From: a virus
Virus genome (UHGV): UHGV-1356089
Strand: one strand, 5' to 3'
DNA: 39,456 nt
Every line of letters starts with the position of its first letter. Within the stretch, counting starts at the first letter, position 1. Positions 26,085 through 37,012 of this stretch are shown piece by piece. The notes beneath the pieces are model-generated. The model worked only from the letters and a program-made list of their open reading frames with translations, was not told where the DNA came from and did not search any database. The translations under genes and the position numbers were made by a program.

Positions 26085-26327
26085 ATGGCAGAGATTATTC
26101 CCATGACTGAAGAACAGAAATTCCAGTTAGAGATTTACAAACTGGTCATGAACCAGAACGCAGCCGCAGAAGAAGCATTTCAATTCATTGGCACTGACGA
26201 ACTGAAGCTTGAGCTATTCAAAATTCACTTCCAGTCAGGTGGCGCTAATTCAGATATCACGACCCGCACTATCGAAGCGGTGCGTAAATCGAAGGAAGCG
26301 TTAGACCTGTTCACTACCGGAGCATGA
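26085..26327 (+). CDS. Hypothetical protein (80 aa)
   Basis: ORF with upstream GGAG; acidic. Confidence 0.5.
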   Translation: MAEIIPMTEEQKFQLEIYKLVMNQNAAAEEAFQFIGTDELKLELFKIHFQSGGANSDITTRTIEAVRKSKEALDLFTTGA

Positions 26328-26328
26328 T

Positions 26329-26508
26329 GTGAGCCGCGTAATCAATTTGGGTAAGGAGAAGAAATTCCCAATTACTCAAGAGCTATACGAGCGGCTGGAA
26401 AGCGTCATTCATGATTACGATGGTGAAATCAGTTTATGTGAGGCGATTGGCACACTCGAATTGCTGAAGCATTCATTGATTGAAGGCGCGAAAGAGTCAT
26501 CAGCCTGA
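26329..26508 (+). CDS. Hypothetical small protein (59 aa, GTG start)
   Basis: Open frame starting at GTG right after the previous stop; not in the ORF track; weak. Confidence 0.3.
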   Translation: MSRVINLGKEKKFPITQELYERLESVIHDYDGEISLCEAIGTLELLKHSLIEGAKESSA

Positions 26509-26531
26509 AATAACAACTAAGTGAGATGAAT

Positions 26532-26954
26532 ATGGCGACTGAACCAAAAGCTGGTCGCCCCTCTGATTATATGCCGGAGGTGGCTGACGATATCTGCTCG
26601 TTGCTTTCTTCTGGCGAGAGTTTGCTGAAAGTATGTAAGCGTCCTGGTATGCCGGATAAGTCCACTGTTTTCCGCTGGTTGGCAAAGCATGAGGATTTTC
26701 GCGACAAGTACGCGAAGGCAATTGAGGCACGAGCTGATTCTATTTTCGAAGAGATATTCGAAATTGCTGACAATGCGATTCCAGATGCTGCTGAAGTGGC
26801 AAAGGCAAGACTTCGCGTTGATACACGCAAATGGGCGTTGGCCCGAATGAATCCCCGTAAGTATGGCGACAAGGTAACTAACGAGCTTGTCGGTAAGGAC
26901 GGCGGCGCAATCCAGATTGAAACATCACCGATGAGCACTCTGTTCGGAAAATGA
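26532..26954 (+). CDS. Terminase small subunit (Sf6 gp1-like)
   Basis: MATEPKAGRPSDYMPEVADDICSLLSSGESLLKVCKRPGMPDKSTVFRWL... matches the Sf6 small terminase as remembered. Confidence 0.8.
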   Translation: MATEPKAGRPSDYMPEVADDICSLLSSGESLLKVCKRPGMPDKSTVFRWLAKHEDFRDKYAKAIEARADSIFEEIFEIADNAIPDAAEVAKARLRVDTRKWALARMNPRKYGDKVTNELVGKDGGAIQIETSPMSTLFGK

Positions 26955-28366
26955 CCTCGATTAATCCTATCTTTGAACCGTTCATTGAGGCGCATCGCTA
27001 CAAAGTCGCCAAAGGCGGTCGAGGTAGCGGTAAGTCATGGGCAATTGCGAGGCTGCTTGTTGAGGCGGCTCGTCGGCAGCCGGTGCGTATTCTCTGCGCT
27101 CGTGAACTGCAAAACAGTATCAGCGATTCGGTAATTCGGTTGCTTGAAGACACCATCGAGCGGGAAGGTTATTCGGCTGAGTTTGAAATTCAGCGTTCAA
27201 TGATTCGTCATCTCGGAACGAATGCTGAGTTCATGTTCTACGGCATCAAAAACAACCCGACGAAGATTAAATCGCTCGAAGGTATTGATATCTGCTGGGT
27301 GGAAGAAGCGGAAGCGGTAACGAAGGAATCATGGGATATCCTGATACCGACCATCCGTAAGCCGTTCTCTGAAATATGGGTAAGCTTCAACCCGAAAAAC
27401 ATACTCGACGATACCTATCAGCGGTTCGTCGTAAATCCTCCCGATGATATTTGCCTGCTGACGGTGAACTACACCGACAACCCGCACTTTCCTGAAGTTC
27501 TCCGTCTGGAGATGGAAGAGTGTAAGCGCAGAAACCCGACACTGTATCGTCACATCTGGCTTGGTGAGCCAGTAAGCGCAAGTGATATGGCAATCATCAA
27601 ACGTGAATGGCTTGAAGCCGCAACCGATGCGCACAAGAAACTCGGATGGAAAGCGAAAGGCGCTGTTGTCTCTGCGCATGACCCATCAGATACAGGGCCA
27701 GATGCTAAAGGTTATGCATCGCGTCACGGTTCGGTAGTTAAGCGTGTATGCGAAGGCCTGCTCATGGATATAAACGAAGGTGCGGATTGGGCATCGTCTT
27801 TGGCAATAGTCGATGATGCTGATCATTTCCTGTTTGATGGCGATGGTCTTGGGGCAGGGTTGCGTCGTCAGATAACAGACTATTTCAGTGGCAAGAAAGT
27901 CACCGTGACGATGTTCAAGGGCAGCGAATCGCCATTCGATGAAGATGCACCGTATCAGGCCGGAGCATGGGCTGATGAAGTCGTACAGGGCGACAACGTT
28001 CGCACTATTGGCGATGTATTCCGCAATAAGCGAGCGCAATTCTATTACGCGCTGGCTGACAGGCTGTATCTGACATATCGGGCGGTTGTCTACGGTGAGT
28101 ATGCAGACCCCGACGACATGCTGAGTTTCGACAAAGAAGCGATAGGCGAGAAGATGCTGGAGAAGCTGTTTGCAGAACTGACGCAGATTCAGCGCAAATT
28201 CAATAATAACGGGAAGCTGGAGCTTATGACTAAGGTCGAAATGAAGCAGAAGCTCGGTATTCCATCTCCTAACCTGGCTGATGCGCTGATGATGTGTATG
28301 CATTGCCCGGAGTCGGCTGCGCAACCCGACTATTCCAGTTACTCAATTCCTTGTGGTGTAGGTTAA
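26951..28366 (+). CDS. Terminase large subunit
   Basis: 471 aa; Walker A KVAKGGRGSGKS; C-terminal nuclease-like region; start overlaps the terS stop. Confidence 0.9.
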   Translation: MTSINPIFEPFIEAHRYKVAKGGRGSGKSWAIARLLVEAARRQPVRILCARELQNSISDSVIRLLEDTIEREGYSAEFEIQRSMIRHLGTNAEFMFYGIKNNPTKIKSLEGIDICWVEEAEAVTKESWDILIPTIRKPFSEIWVSFNPKNILDDTYQRFVVNPPDDICLLTVNYTDNPHFPEVLRLEMEECKRRNPTLYRHIWLGEPVSASDMAIIKREWLEAATDAHKKLGWKAKGAVVSAHDPSDTGPDAKGYASRHGSVVKRVCEGLLMDINEGADWASSLAIVDDADHFLFDGDGLGAGLRRQITDYFSGKKVTVTMFKGSESPFDEDAPYQAGAWADEVVQGDNVRTIGDVFRNKRAQFYYALADRLYLTYRAVVYGEYADPDDMLSFDKEAIGEKMLEKLFAELTQIQRKFNNNGKLELMTKVEMKQKLGIPSPNLADALMMCMHCPESAAQPDYSSYSIPCGVG

Positions 28367-28367
28367 T

Positions 28368-30566
28368 ATGGCAGAAAAAAAGATGACTGACTGGCATCGC
28401 AAGGTGCTGTGCAACTTTGATAATGCCTGGTCAGCAACACAGGATATGCGTGAGCAGATTATTGAGGCTCAACGTTTCGTCCGGGTGTCCGGCGCACAGT
28501 GGGAAGGCAGCACAAACGCTGGTTACTCATTTGATGAAGGCAGGTTTGAGCATTACCCGCGCTTTGAACTGAATAAGATTGCCCGTGAATGTGATCGCAT
28601 CATTGGCGAGTATCGACAGAATCGCATCAGCGTTAAATTCAGGCCGAAGGACGATAAGGCATCGGAAGCGTTGGCCGAAAAGATGAACGGCAAATTCCGC
28701 GCTGACTATCAGGAAACATCCGGTGGCGAAGCGTGTGATAACGCATTTGATGATGCTGTAACGGGCGGATTCGGTTGTTTCCGCATGTGTGCTGATTACG
28801 AAGATGAAATGGATCCGAGTAACGAGCAGCGACGCATCAGCCTTCTTCCTGTTTACGACCCAGCGACATGCGTCTTCTTCGATCAGGACAGCAAGCAATA
28901 TGACCGCTCTGATGCTATGTGGGCTATGGAAATGTTCTCCATGACGCCTAAAGCGTTCGAGGCTGAATACCCTGATTCCATCGCGGCAAGCCTTTCTCGT
29001 GCTGACACTGGCACTCAATATGACTGGTCAACGCCCGATGCCATCTATGTTGGACGTTACTACGAAGTCCGCATAGAGAAGGTGAAGCTCACAGTATGGC
29101 GTAACCCTGTCAGCGGAGAAACGGCAATCTATGATGAAGAGCAAATCAAAGATATTGTCGACGAGCTGACCGATGGTGCATTCGAACTGATTGGCGAGCG
29201 AACGGTGAAGAAGCGCCGCGTTTATTGCGGTCTTCTGTCTGGCGCTGAATGGCTGGAAGAACCGAAGCGTATTCCGGGCGAACATATTCCTCTCATCCCG
29301 GTATATGGGCGTCGCTCATTTGTTGATAATCAGGAGCGAATCGAAGGCCACGCAGCAAAAGCGATGGATGCACAGCGTCTTGAGAACCTGATGGTTTCTA
29401 TGATTGCAGATAACGCTACTCAGGCTGGCGGTGATGGCATTCCTATCGTGGATGTTGATTTCATTCCCGGTCCATTAATGAATCACTGGGCAGAGAGGAA
29501 TAAGAAAAGACCTGCAGTTCTTCCCATGACCAGCAAGAAGGACAAAAACGGAACGGTCATTTCAGAGGCTCAGGTTGCTGGCTGGACACCTCCGACACAA
29601 ATGCCTCCTGCTCTTGCCGGGTTATTGCAGTACACCGGAACGGCTATTCAGCAAATTACAGGTGCGTCGCAGCTTGAGAACATGCCTAGCAACGTCGCTA
29701 CCGATACCGTTGATAGCATTTTTAACCGGATGGACACGCAGTCCTATATCTACATGGACAACATGGCTAAATCCATGCGCCGCGCTGGCGTTGTGTGGCT
29801 TTCTATGGCGCGTGAGGTCTATGGCAGTGATACGCCGATGCGTATCGTTAATGATGACGGCAGCGATGACGTGGCGCTGATGACTGGTGAAGTGGTTGAC
29901 CGTCAGACAGGGCAGGTTATCGCGCTTAACGACCTTTCGCAGGGTAACTATGAAGTGACTGTCGATGTCGGTCAGTCGTTCGCTACTCGCCGTGATGCAA
30001 CTGTTAAGTCGTTACTTTCCATGCTGGCACTTATCCCGCCGGGAACGCCGAAGCACGACCTTGTATCGTCGATGATTCTCGACAATATGGATGGCGAAGG
30101 GATGGACGACCTTAAAGAATACAACCGCAATCAGTTGCTTCTGTCTGGAGTTATCAAGCCGAGAACGCCAGAAGAGCAGCAGATGGTTGAGCAGGCGAAA
30201 CAACAACAGGCCAGTCAGCCAGATCCGGCTATGGTTGCAGCGCAAGGTCAGCTTCTTGCTGGTCAGGCTGAATTGCAGAAAGCGCAGAACGAACAGGCAG
30301 CCATTCAGGTTAAAGCATTCCAGGCACAGACTGATGCTCAGGTTGCAGCGGCAAATGTTGTGAAAATCCTCGCATCTGCCGATAGCCAGCAGAAATCTGA
30401 TATCCGTGAGGCTCTGAAACTGCTCGGACAGTTCCAGCAACAGCAAGGAGACAATGCCCGTGCTGATGCAGAGCTTGTCCTGAAAAGTCAGGCGCAGGGA
30501 CATGCACAACGCATGGACATCAGCAGCATCCTGCAAAAATCAACCCAGCAACAACCACAGCAGTAA
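28368..30566 (+). CDS. Portal protein (P22 gp1-like)
   Basis: 732 aa; GEHIPLIPVYG and the C-terminal PEEQQMVEQAKQQQ...DPAMVAAQGQLLAGQAELQKAQN region parallel the P22 portal. Confidence 0.9.
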   Translation: MAEKKMTDWHRKVLCNFDNAWSATQDMREQIIEAQRFVRVSGAQWEGSTNAGYSFDEGRFEHYPRFELNKIARECDRIIGEYRQNRISVKFRPKDDKASEALAEKMNGKFRADYQETSGGEACDNAFDDAVTGGFGCFRMCADYEDEMDPSNEQRRISLLPVYDPATCVFFDQDSKQYDRSDAMWAMEMFSMTPKAFEAEYPDSIAASLSRADTGTQYDWSTPDAIYVGRYYEVRIEKVKLTVWRNPVSGETAIYDEEQIKDIVDELTDGAFELIGERTVKKRRVYCGLLSGAEWLEEPKRIPGEHIPLIPVYGRRSFVDNQERIEGHAAKAMDAQRLENLMVSMIADNATQAGGDGIPIVDVDFIPGPLMNHWAERNKKRPAVLPMTSKKDKNGTVISEAQVAGWTPPTQMPPALAGLLQYTGTAIQQITGASQLENMPSNVATDTVDSIFNRMDTQSYIYMDNMAKSMRRAGVVWLSMAREVYGSDTPMRIVNDDGSDDVALMTGEVVDRQTGQVIALNDLSQGNYEVTVDVGQSFATRRDATVKSLLSMLALIPPGTPKHDLVSSMILDNMDGEGMDDLKEYNRNQLLLSGVIKPRTPEEQQMVEQAKQQQASQPDPAMVAAQGQLLAGQAELQKAQNEQAAIQVKAFQAQTDAQVAAANVVKILASADSQQKSDIREALKLLGQFQQQQGDNARADAELVLKSQAQGHAQRMDISSILQKSTQQQPQQ

Positions 30567-30656
30567 TTAACCCATAACGTGCAATGGCTGTTTTTATGAG
30601 GCCTGGCACCCTATTGCCTTCCGATGGGCTGAACATCGAGTAAACAGGGGTAACAA

Positions 30657-31550
30657 ATGGACCAGATGGCAGAAAACACACCAGAAGTTGAAATCGAAAC
30701 CGACGCGTCAGAGCAGATTCCTGATGATGTCGAACTGGCTGAAGAAGTCGAAACAGAAGATGGCGGTGAGTCCTCTGGCAATGATGCAGAGGAAGCTACT
30801 GAAACTGATGACGACGAATCAGAACAGGAATTCTACTTTGGTGACGAAAAGCTGGATTCGCCAACCAGCGAAGATAGCGCAGAGCATGGACTGGTAAAAC
30901 ACCTGCGCAAGACGATTAAAGAGAAAGACCGCGAGCTGAAAGAGCTGATGCGTCAGTCTCAGAAACCCGTCGAGCAGCAGCCGGTAATCACTCAACCACC
31001 GCGAATGCCAAAACTGGATGATGAGGACATCGGTTTCGATGAAGAAATCTATCAGCAACGCATGGCTAAGTGGGCAGAGGATAACGGAAAGTACCAGCAA
31101 CAGGAGATGGCTCGCAAGCAGAAGGAGCAGGAGCTTCAGGCTGCTTATCAAGAGCGATTATCCAAATATCAGCAACGTGTTAAGGCTCTCAAAGTTCCTG
31201 GCTATCAGGAAGCTGAGCAGGCCGTACTCGAGGAAATCCCCATCGAGACACAAAACGCGATCTTGTTTGAGTCAGAGAAGCCGGAAATCGTTGTTCTGGC
31301 ACTCGGTCGCAACGCTGAACTGCGCAAGCAACTGGCAGAAGCTACCAACCCCATAGCAATTGGTCGTCTGCTGGAACGTATCGAATCGAAGGCCAGAATC
31401 ATGCCAAAAGCAAAAACCACGGCAGCCACAACCCCGACAGTTAAGGGGAGCAACGGCGCAGTAATCAACAACCTCGACAAACTGAAAGCCAAGGCGCTGG
31501 AAACTGGTGACTGGACGCCGTATTTCGCCGCTAAAAAGGCAAAAAAATAA
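30657..31550 (+). CDS. Scaffolding protein
   Basis: 297 aa, very acidic N-terminus, charged helical coiled-coil-like body; between portal and coat genes. Confidence 0.75.
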   Translation: MDQMAENTPEVEIETDASEQIPDDVELAEEVETEDGGESSGNDAEEATETDDDESEQEFYFGDEKLDSPTSEDSAEHGLVKHLRKTIKEKDRELKELMRQSQKPVEQQPVITQPPRMPKLDDEDIGFDEEIYQQRMAKWAEDNGKYQQQEMARKQKEQELQAAYQERLSKYQQRVKALKVPGYQEAEQAVLEEIPIETQNAILFESEKPEIVVLALGRNAELRKQLAEATNPIAIGRLLERIESKARIMPKAKTTAATTPTVKGSNGAVINNLDKLKAKALETGDWTPYFAAKKAKK

Positions 31551-31568
31551 CCTATCGGAGCATTAAGC

Positions 31569-32822
31569 ATGGCTAACCAATTAGCAAAAGACCTTGAAAT
31601 CATGTTCGAAAACTACGTTGAAGGCTTTGAGGCCGCCTGCGTAGTTTCCCGTAACGCTAAAAAATTCCGTCCCGGTGATACAGCAATGCAGCGAGCAGGT
31701 GATGTTCTGTATCGTCCGCAGCATTACCACATGAACATTGAGGAAGGCCTAGACCTCAGCGGCAAAACGCCAACAGCACTGGTTCAGCGCCTTGTTCCTT
31801 CTGTGTTCAAGGAGCCGAAAAACATTCTGTACACTCTGGATGCGCGTGAAATGCGTGACCCGGAACATAAAACTGAAGCTGGTCGCGCCGCAGGTATGCG
31901 CCTTGCTGCACAGATTGACTCTGACCTGATTTCCATGGTTACGCAGCGTGCTACTAACGTGATCACGATGGCTGACTCAACCACAGGTTCACAGGGCCGT
32001 GATTTGTGGAACTGTGCGGCAGGTATTGATGCCACCATGACGGCGATTGGTGTACCTCAGGGTATCAACCGTCGCTCTTTCTGGAACCCCTTCAACTACA
32101 AAGACCTTGCTGGCGAGCTTGGTCACCGTGCCTATGCTCAGGGCGCAACCCTGACAGCATACGAAAAAGCGCAAATCCCTCCGGTTGCGTCCTTCGATAG
32201 CTACAAGACCGATATTTCTGGTCGTGTTCCGAAGGGTACAGCAACTTCCATTACGCTGGCAGCAGCACCTGCGCACAAGGTTGAAGCGAAAGATGCTAAC
32301 GATATGCCAGTGGATAACCGGCAGGGGACCATTACGGTATCTGCTGAAGGTTTGCAGGTTGGCGATGCGTTTACCATCGCAGGGGTGAATTCTGTACACC
32401 AGATCACCAAAGATACCACCGGGCAGCCGCAGGTATTCCGCGTTCTGGCAGTAAGCGGAACGACAGTAACTATCTCCCCGAAAATTCTGCCGCCTGACAA
32501 CGCGGATGTCGCCAGCCGACCATATGCAAACGTTGATGCTAATGCGGCAAGTAGCGCAGCAATCACCATTCTCAACAAAAATGCCGCACCGGCTAACCTG
32601 TTCTGGGCTGATGGTTCTGTTGAACTGATGTACGGCAAGCTGGCGTTCCCAACTGGTCAGGGTCCACAAGTAATGACAGCAACCACCGAGCAGGGCGCTA
32701 CGCTGATCATGTCTTACGCCTTCGACCACATCAAAGGTGTAACCACTGCGCGTTTCACCACCCTGTACGGTTGCTCTGTACTTGTTCCTGAATATACGGG
32801 CATCGTTATTGCCGGGCAGTAA
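31569..32822 (+). CDS. Major coat protein (P22 gp5-like)
   Basis: 417 aa in the coat position after the scaffold gene; followed by a strong terminator. Confidence 0.8.
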   Translation: MANQLAKDLEIMFENYVEGFEAACVVSRNAKKFRPGDTAMQRAGDVLYRPQHYHMNIEEGLDLSGKTPTALVQRLVPSVFKEPKNILYTLDAREMRDPEHKTEAGRAAGMRLAAQIDSDLISMVTQRATNVITMADSTTGSQGRDLWNCAAGIDATMTAIGVPQGINRRSFWNPFNYKDLAGELGHRAYAQGATLTAYEKAQIPPVASFDSYKTDISGRVPKGTATSITLAAAPAHKVEAKDANDMPVDNRQGTITVSAEGLQVGDAFTIAGVNSVHQITKDTTGQPQVFRVLAVSGTTVTISPKILPPDNADVASRPYANVDANAASSAAITILNKNAAPANLFWADGSVELMYGKLAFPTGQGPQVMTATTEQGATLIMSYAFDHIKGVTTARFTTLYGCSVLVPEYTGIVIAGQ

Positions 32823-32829
32823 TTTTGGT

Positions 32830-32850
32830 GGGGCTTCGGCCCCATTTTTA
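32830..32850 (+). terminator. Rho-independent terminator after the coat gene (GGGGC-TTCG-GCCCC then T5)
   Basis: Perfect 5-bp GC stem with TTCG loop followed by ATTTTTA. Confidence 0.65.
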
Positions 32851-32863
32851 TTGGGAGAAGACA

Positions 32864-33052
32864 ATGGCACGAACAATGCTCTATAAGCCGGGCAACATGA
32901 TCACCTGTGGTCAGTTTGCTGTCGATTACATCATTGTTGATGACGAAGAAGTTAAATCTCACCTGAAAAAAGGCTGGGTAAAAACTCCTGAAGAAACCGC
33001 AACGAAGCAAAAAGTGGCTAAGGCGGAAGAAGATGGCGAAAACGAAGGGTGA
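32864..33052 (+). CDS. Small hypothetical protein (62 aa)
   Basis: ORF-track ORF trimmed to the ATG at 32864 with GGGAGAAG RBS, downstream of the coat terminator. Confidence 0.45.
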   Translation: MARTMLYKPGNMITCGQFAVDYIIVDDEEVKSHLKKGWVKTPEETATKQKVAKAEEDGENEG

Positions 33053-33494
33053 TCTCGTTCTTAAGGCTTTACGAAAAGCCGGGCTGTATTCCAATGCCAC
33101 GTTGACAGATGCCGACCCTCAGGCAATTGAAGATGCCATTAATGACCTCGAAGACATGATGGCAGCATGGCAGGCGAAAGGTATCGAGCTTGGATATCAG
33201 TTTGCGGATACAGAAAACGGCATCATGCCGTTACCTGACGATGATTCAGGTATCCCTGCATGGGCAAATGATGGCGTCGCTTTGAAGCTCGCTGTGCAAG
33301 TGTGCATGGATAACGTCATTCAGCCGTCAGACGCTCTCCTTGCCGCTGCTGACAGTGCATATCAGACAATCTGCATCGCTTTAACCAAAATACCACCACT
33401 TGAGCGGCGAAATGACATGCCTCGCGGTAGTGGTAACAAAAGCGCGTTTACGTGGAATCGGTTTTACATCGAGAAAGATGATCCGAGTACGTGA
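33033..33494 (+). CDS. Head completion / tail accessory protein, P22 gp4-like
   Basis: MAKTKGDLVLKALRKAGLYSNATLTDADPQAIEDAINDLEDMMAAWQAKG parallels P22 gp4. Confidence 0.75.
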   Translation: MAKTKGDLVLKALRKAGLYSNATLTDADPQAIEDAINDLEDMMAAWQAKGIELGYQFADTENGIMPLPDDDSGIPAWANDGVALKLAVQVCMDNVIQPSDALLAAADSAYQTICIALTKIPPLERRNDMPRGSGNKSAFTWNRFYIEKDDPST

Positions 33495-33503
33495 GGTGAA
33501 TAA

Positions 33504-34922
33504 ATGCCGATTCAGCAACTTCCGCTCATGAAAGGTGTCGGCAAAGACTTCCGAAATGCCGACTATATCGACTATCTGCCAGTGAATATGCTGGCTACAC
33601 CCAAAGAAATCCTGAACAGCAGCGGATATCTTCGCTCATTCCCGGGCATTGCCAAACGCTCTGATGTGAACGGTGTATCGCGCGGCGTCGAGTACAACAT
33701 GGCGCAGAATGCTGTTTATCGTGTGTGTGGTGGGAAGCTCTACAAAGGAGAAAGTGAAGTCGGTGACGTCGCCGGAAGTGGTCGCGTATCAATGGCGCAT
33801 GGTCGAACATCACAGGCTGTAGGCGTTAATGGTCAACTGGTCGAGTATCGTTATGATGGCACGGTTAAAACCGTCTCAAACTGGCCTACAGACAGTGGAT
33901 TCACGCAGTATGAGTTAGGTTCAGTTCGCGACATTACTCGCTTACGTGGGCGTTATGCGTGGTCAAAAGATGGTACTGATTCATGGTTCATCACTGACCT
34001 TGAAGACGAATCACATCCTGACCGTTACAGCGCACAATATCGTGCTGAGTCTCAGCCTGACGGCATCATCGGCATCGGAACATGGCGAGACTTCATCGTC
34101 TGTTTTGGTTCATCGACGATTGAGTATTTTTCCCTGACTGGTGCAACCACCGTTGGTGCTGCTTTGTATGTCGCACAGCCATCGCTGATGGTGCAAAAAG
34201 GCATCGCCGGAACTTACTGCAAAACGCCGTTTGCTGATTCCTATGCGTTTATCAGCAATCCGGCAACAGGTGCGCCGTCTGTGTATATCATCGGCTCCGG
34301 TCAGGTATCACCAATCGCCAGCGCGAGCATTGAGAAAATACTACGCTCCTACACTGCTGATGAACTGGCTGATGGCGTGATGGAATCGTTGCGGTTTGAT
34401 GCGCATGAGTTGCTGATTATCCATCTTCCGCGTCACGTCCTCGTGTACGACGCATCTTCAAGTGCCAATGGTCCGCAATGGTGTGTGCTGAAAACAGGCC
34501 TGTATGACGATGTGTACCGCGCTATCGACTTCATTTACGAAGGCAATCAGATAACGTGCGGCGATAAGCTGGAGTCCGTGACCGGGAAATTGCAATTCGA
34601 TATCAGCAGCCAGTACGACAAGCAACAGGAACACCTGCTGTTTACTCCGTTGTTCAAAGCGGATAACGCCAGAGTTTTCGACCTTGAAGTTGAATCTTCA
34701 ACTGGCGTTGCGCAGTATGCTGACCGCCTGTTCCTCTCTGCAACTACTGACGGCATCAATTACGGGCGTGAGCAGATGATTGAGCAGAATGAACCGTTCG
34801 TTTACGACAAACGCGTTTTGTGGAAGCGTGTCGGGCGAATCAGGAAAAATGTCGGCTTCAAATTGCGCGTTATCACGAAGTCACCTGTCACTCTGTCTGG
34901 CTGCCAGATAAGGATTGAGTAA
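33504..34922 (+). CDS. Tail accessory protein, P22 gp10-like
   Basis: 472 aa, same length and position as P22 gp10. Confidence 0.7.
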   Translation: MPIQQLPLMKGVGKDFRNADYIDYLPVNMLATPKEILNSSGYLRSFPGIAKRSDVNGVSRGVEYNMAQNAVYRVCGGKLYKGESEVGDVAGSGRVSMAHGRTSQAVGVNGQLVEYRYDGTVKTVSNWPTDSGFTQYELGSVRDITRLRGRYAWSKDGTDSWFITDLEDESHPDRYSAQYRAESQPDGIIGIGTWRDFIVCFGSSTIEYFSLTGATTVGAALYVAQPSLMVQKGIAGTYCKTPFADSYAFISNPATGAPSVYIIGSGQVSPIASASIEKILRSYTADELADGVMESLRFDAHELLIIHLPRHVLVYDASSSANGPQWCVLKTGLYDDVYRAIDFIYEGNQITCGDKLESVTGKLQFDISSQYDKQQEHLLFTPLFKADNARVFDLEVESSTGVAQYADRLFLSATTDGINYGREQMIEQNEPFVYDKRVLWKRVGRIRKNVGFKLRVITKSPVTLSGCQIRIE

Positions 34923-35875
34923 TGGCTGATTCGAATCTCAATGAGCCGGTAATCATTCAGACTACACGACTCGACACATCAGTCCTTCCACGCAATATCT
35001 TCTCGCAGTCGTATCTGCTTTACGTTATCGCACAGGGCACTGATGTTGGTAACGTGGCTAACAAGGCCAACGAAGCAGGGAAGGGGGCTTATGATGCACA
35101 GGTGAAGAATGATGAGCAGGATGTCACCCTTGCAGACCATGAATCCAGAATTGAAGCTGCTGAAGCAACTCTCATCAATCATGAAAATAGAATTGCAGCA
35201 GCGGAAAGCACTCTTGCAGATCATGAAACAAGGATTACGGCTGCTGAAACAGAGCTGGCTGATCACGAGACGCGAATTGCTGCCAATGAATCTGAGTTAG
35301 CAAACCATGATGCGCGCATAACTCAGAATACAACTGATATCGACGCACTTGATACCAGGCTCACAGCGGCAGAGGGAAGTATTTCGACGCTACAAAGCAC
35401 AGTTGGTGATCACTCAACAAGAATATCTGCGCTTGAGTATGCCACCACGCGCAAGAAATCAGAGGTTGTTTACTCAGGAGTATCAGTAACCATTCCAACA
35501 GCGCCGACCAACCTTGTTAGCCTACTGAAAACGCTCACGCCGTCATCCGGCACGTTGGCACCATTCTTCGACACCGTTAACAACAAGATGGTTGTGTTCA
35601 ACGAGAACAAAACCTTGTTCTTAAAGCTGTCGATCGTCGGGACGTGGCCCAGTGGAACCGCAAACAGGTCAATGCAGCTAACCTTTTCCGGCTCTGTTCC
35701 TGACACGTTGGTCAGCAGTCGTAATGCGGCGACAACAACCGACAACATCCTGTTAGCTACGTTCTTCAGCGTGGATAAAGACGGCTTTCTTGCCACAAAT
35801 GGAAGCACGTTAACCATTCAGTCAAATGGTGCGGCGTTTACTGCCACAACCATCAAAATCATTGCGGAGCAGTGA
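34922..35875 (+). CDS. Tail needle (P22 gp26-like) with heptad-repeat coiled coil and C-terminal knob domain
   Basis: N-terminus [43 protein letters not shown]... matches gp26; repeated ADHETRI heptads; extra ~150-aa C-terminal domain as in Sf6-type needles. Confidence 0.8.
   Translation: MADSNLNEPVIIQTTRLDTSVLPRNIFSQSYLLYVIAQGTDVGNVANKANEAGKGAYDAQVKNDEQDVTLADHESRIEAAEATLINHENRIAAAESTLADHETRITAAETELADHETRIAANESELANHDARITQNTTDIDALDTRLTAAEGSISTLQSTVGDHSTRISALEYATTRKKSEVVYSGVSVTIPTAPTNLVSLLKTLTPSSGTLAPFFDTVNNKMVVFNENKTLFLKLSIVGTWPSGTANRSMQLTFSGSVPDTLVSSRNAATTTDNILLATFFSVDKDGFLATNGSTLTIQSNGAAFTATTIKIIAEQ
35132..35324 (+). repeat. About 4.5 tandem copies of a 42-bp unit encoding the needle coiled-coil heptads
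   Basis: Consecutive 42-nt units starting GCAGACCATGAA / ATCAATCATGAA / GCAGATCATGAA / GCTGATCACGAG / GCAAACCATGAT. Confidence 0.6.
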
Positions 35876-36354
35876 TGGAAATAAAGCTCATCGATAATCC
35901 GGTGAAGCTTGCAGAATTCCTCAACAACCCGGCAAACACGGGAAATATCGTAGACAGTGGAGATAAATACTACATCAAGCCTGATGCGGTATATCTCGGC
36001 ATCTACGAAGGATTAGTGCTGGCTGGCGTTCATGAAGTGCGTAACTTCTGGCATAGCGTTGTTGAATGTCATGCGGTGTACGACCACGGATTCCGTGGTG
36101 AATATGCACTGCAAGGGCATCGATTATTCTGCAAATGGCTTCTCGAAAACTCACCATTCCTTAACAGCATCACCATGGTTCCTGACACAACGAAATACGG
36201 ACGGGCAATTATCCGTTTGCTTGGCGCTACCCGTGTTGGTCACCTTGATGATGCTTATACCAGCAATGGAAAGCCTGTGGGCATCACGATTTATCAGTTA
36301 CCGCGCTCAAAATACGAGGAGCTAACGAATGTTAATTTTCCAGATTGCCAATAA
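35872..36354 (+). CDS. Hypothetical protein in the P22 gp14 position
   Basis: 160-aa ORF with 4-nt overlap to the needle gene; assignment by position only. Confidence 0.45.
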   Translation: MMEIKLIDNPVKLAEFLNNPANTGNIVDSGDKYYIKPDAVYLGIYEGLVLAGVHEVRNFWHSVVECHAVYDHGFRGEYALQGHRLFCKWLLENSPFLNSITMVPDTTKYGRAIIRLLGATRVGHLDDAYTSNGKPVGITIYQLPRSKYEELTNVNFPDCQ

Positions 36355-37003
36355 GCACCTCAGCAAAGCTGTTTACTGCAAAGGTGGCAGTGATGGCGGT
36401 TCAAAGGCACAGGCACGCGCAACTGAAAAGGGCATCGAATTGCAGCGTGAAATGTGGCAGACGAACATGCAAAACCTTGCACCGTTCACGCCACTCGCTC
36501 AGCAGTACGTATCACAGTTGCAAAATCTTTCCTCTCTTCAGGGGCAAGGTCAGGCGCTTAACCAGTATTACAACTCCCAGCAGTACAAAGACCTTGCAGG
36601 TCAGGCGCGTTACCAGAGTCTGGCAGCAGCAGAGGCAACGGGTGGATTAGGCTCTACAGCAACAGGAAACCAGTTAGCAGCAATCGCACCTACACTCGGT
36701 CAAAACTGGCTGTCAGGTCAGATGAACAACTACAACAATCTGGCAAATATCGGCCTTGGCGCTCTTACAGGTCAGGCAAACGCCGGGCAGAACTACGCTA
36801 ACAACGTCAGCCAATTGTATCAACAGCAGGCGGCAGCATCTGCGGCGAATGCTAACCGACCATCAGGATTGCAATCAGCTTTGGGCGGTGCCATGAGCGG
36901 TGCTGCATCAGGGGCGATGATTGGCTCTGTGGTGCCTGGAATAGGTACAGCTGTTGGCGCTATTGGTGGCGGTATTATCGGTGGGCTTGGATCATTGTTT
37001 TAA
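36329..37003 (+). CDS. Ejection protein, P22 gp7-like
   Basis: Q/N-rich with Gly-rich hydrophobic C-terminus GAMIGSVVPGIGTAVGAIGGGIIGGLGSLF; position after the gp14-like gene. Confidence 0.55.
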   Translation: MLIFQIANKHLSKAVYCKGGSDGGSKAQARATEKGIELQREMWQTNMQNLAPFTPLAQQYVSQLQNLSSLQGQGQALNQYYNSQQYKDLAGQARYQSLAAAEATGGLGSTATGNQLAAIAPTLGQNWLSGQMNNYNNLANIGLGALTGQANAGQNYANNVSQLYQQQAAASAANANRPSGLQSALGGAMSGAASGAMIGSVVPGIGTAVGAIGGGIIGGLGSLF

Positions 37004-37012
37004 GGTGGGAAT

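Noticed and set aside
27329-28324. Minus-strand ORFs (68-212 aa) inside the large terminase gene
   Set aside because: Antisense to a confidently identified CDS with Walker A motif; shadow ORFs.
30012-32876. Long minus-strand ORFs (up to 295 aa) inside the portal, scaffold and coat genes
   Set aside because: Antisense to a contiguous, well-supported structural operon; translations are Cys/Arg-rich.
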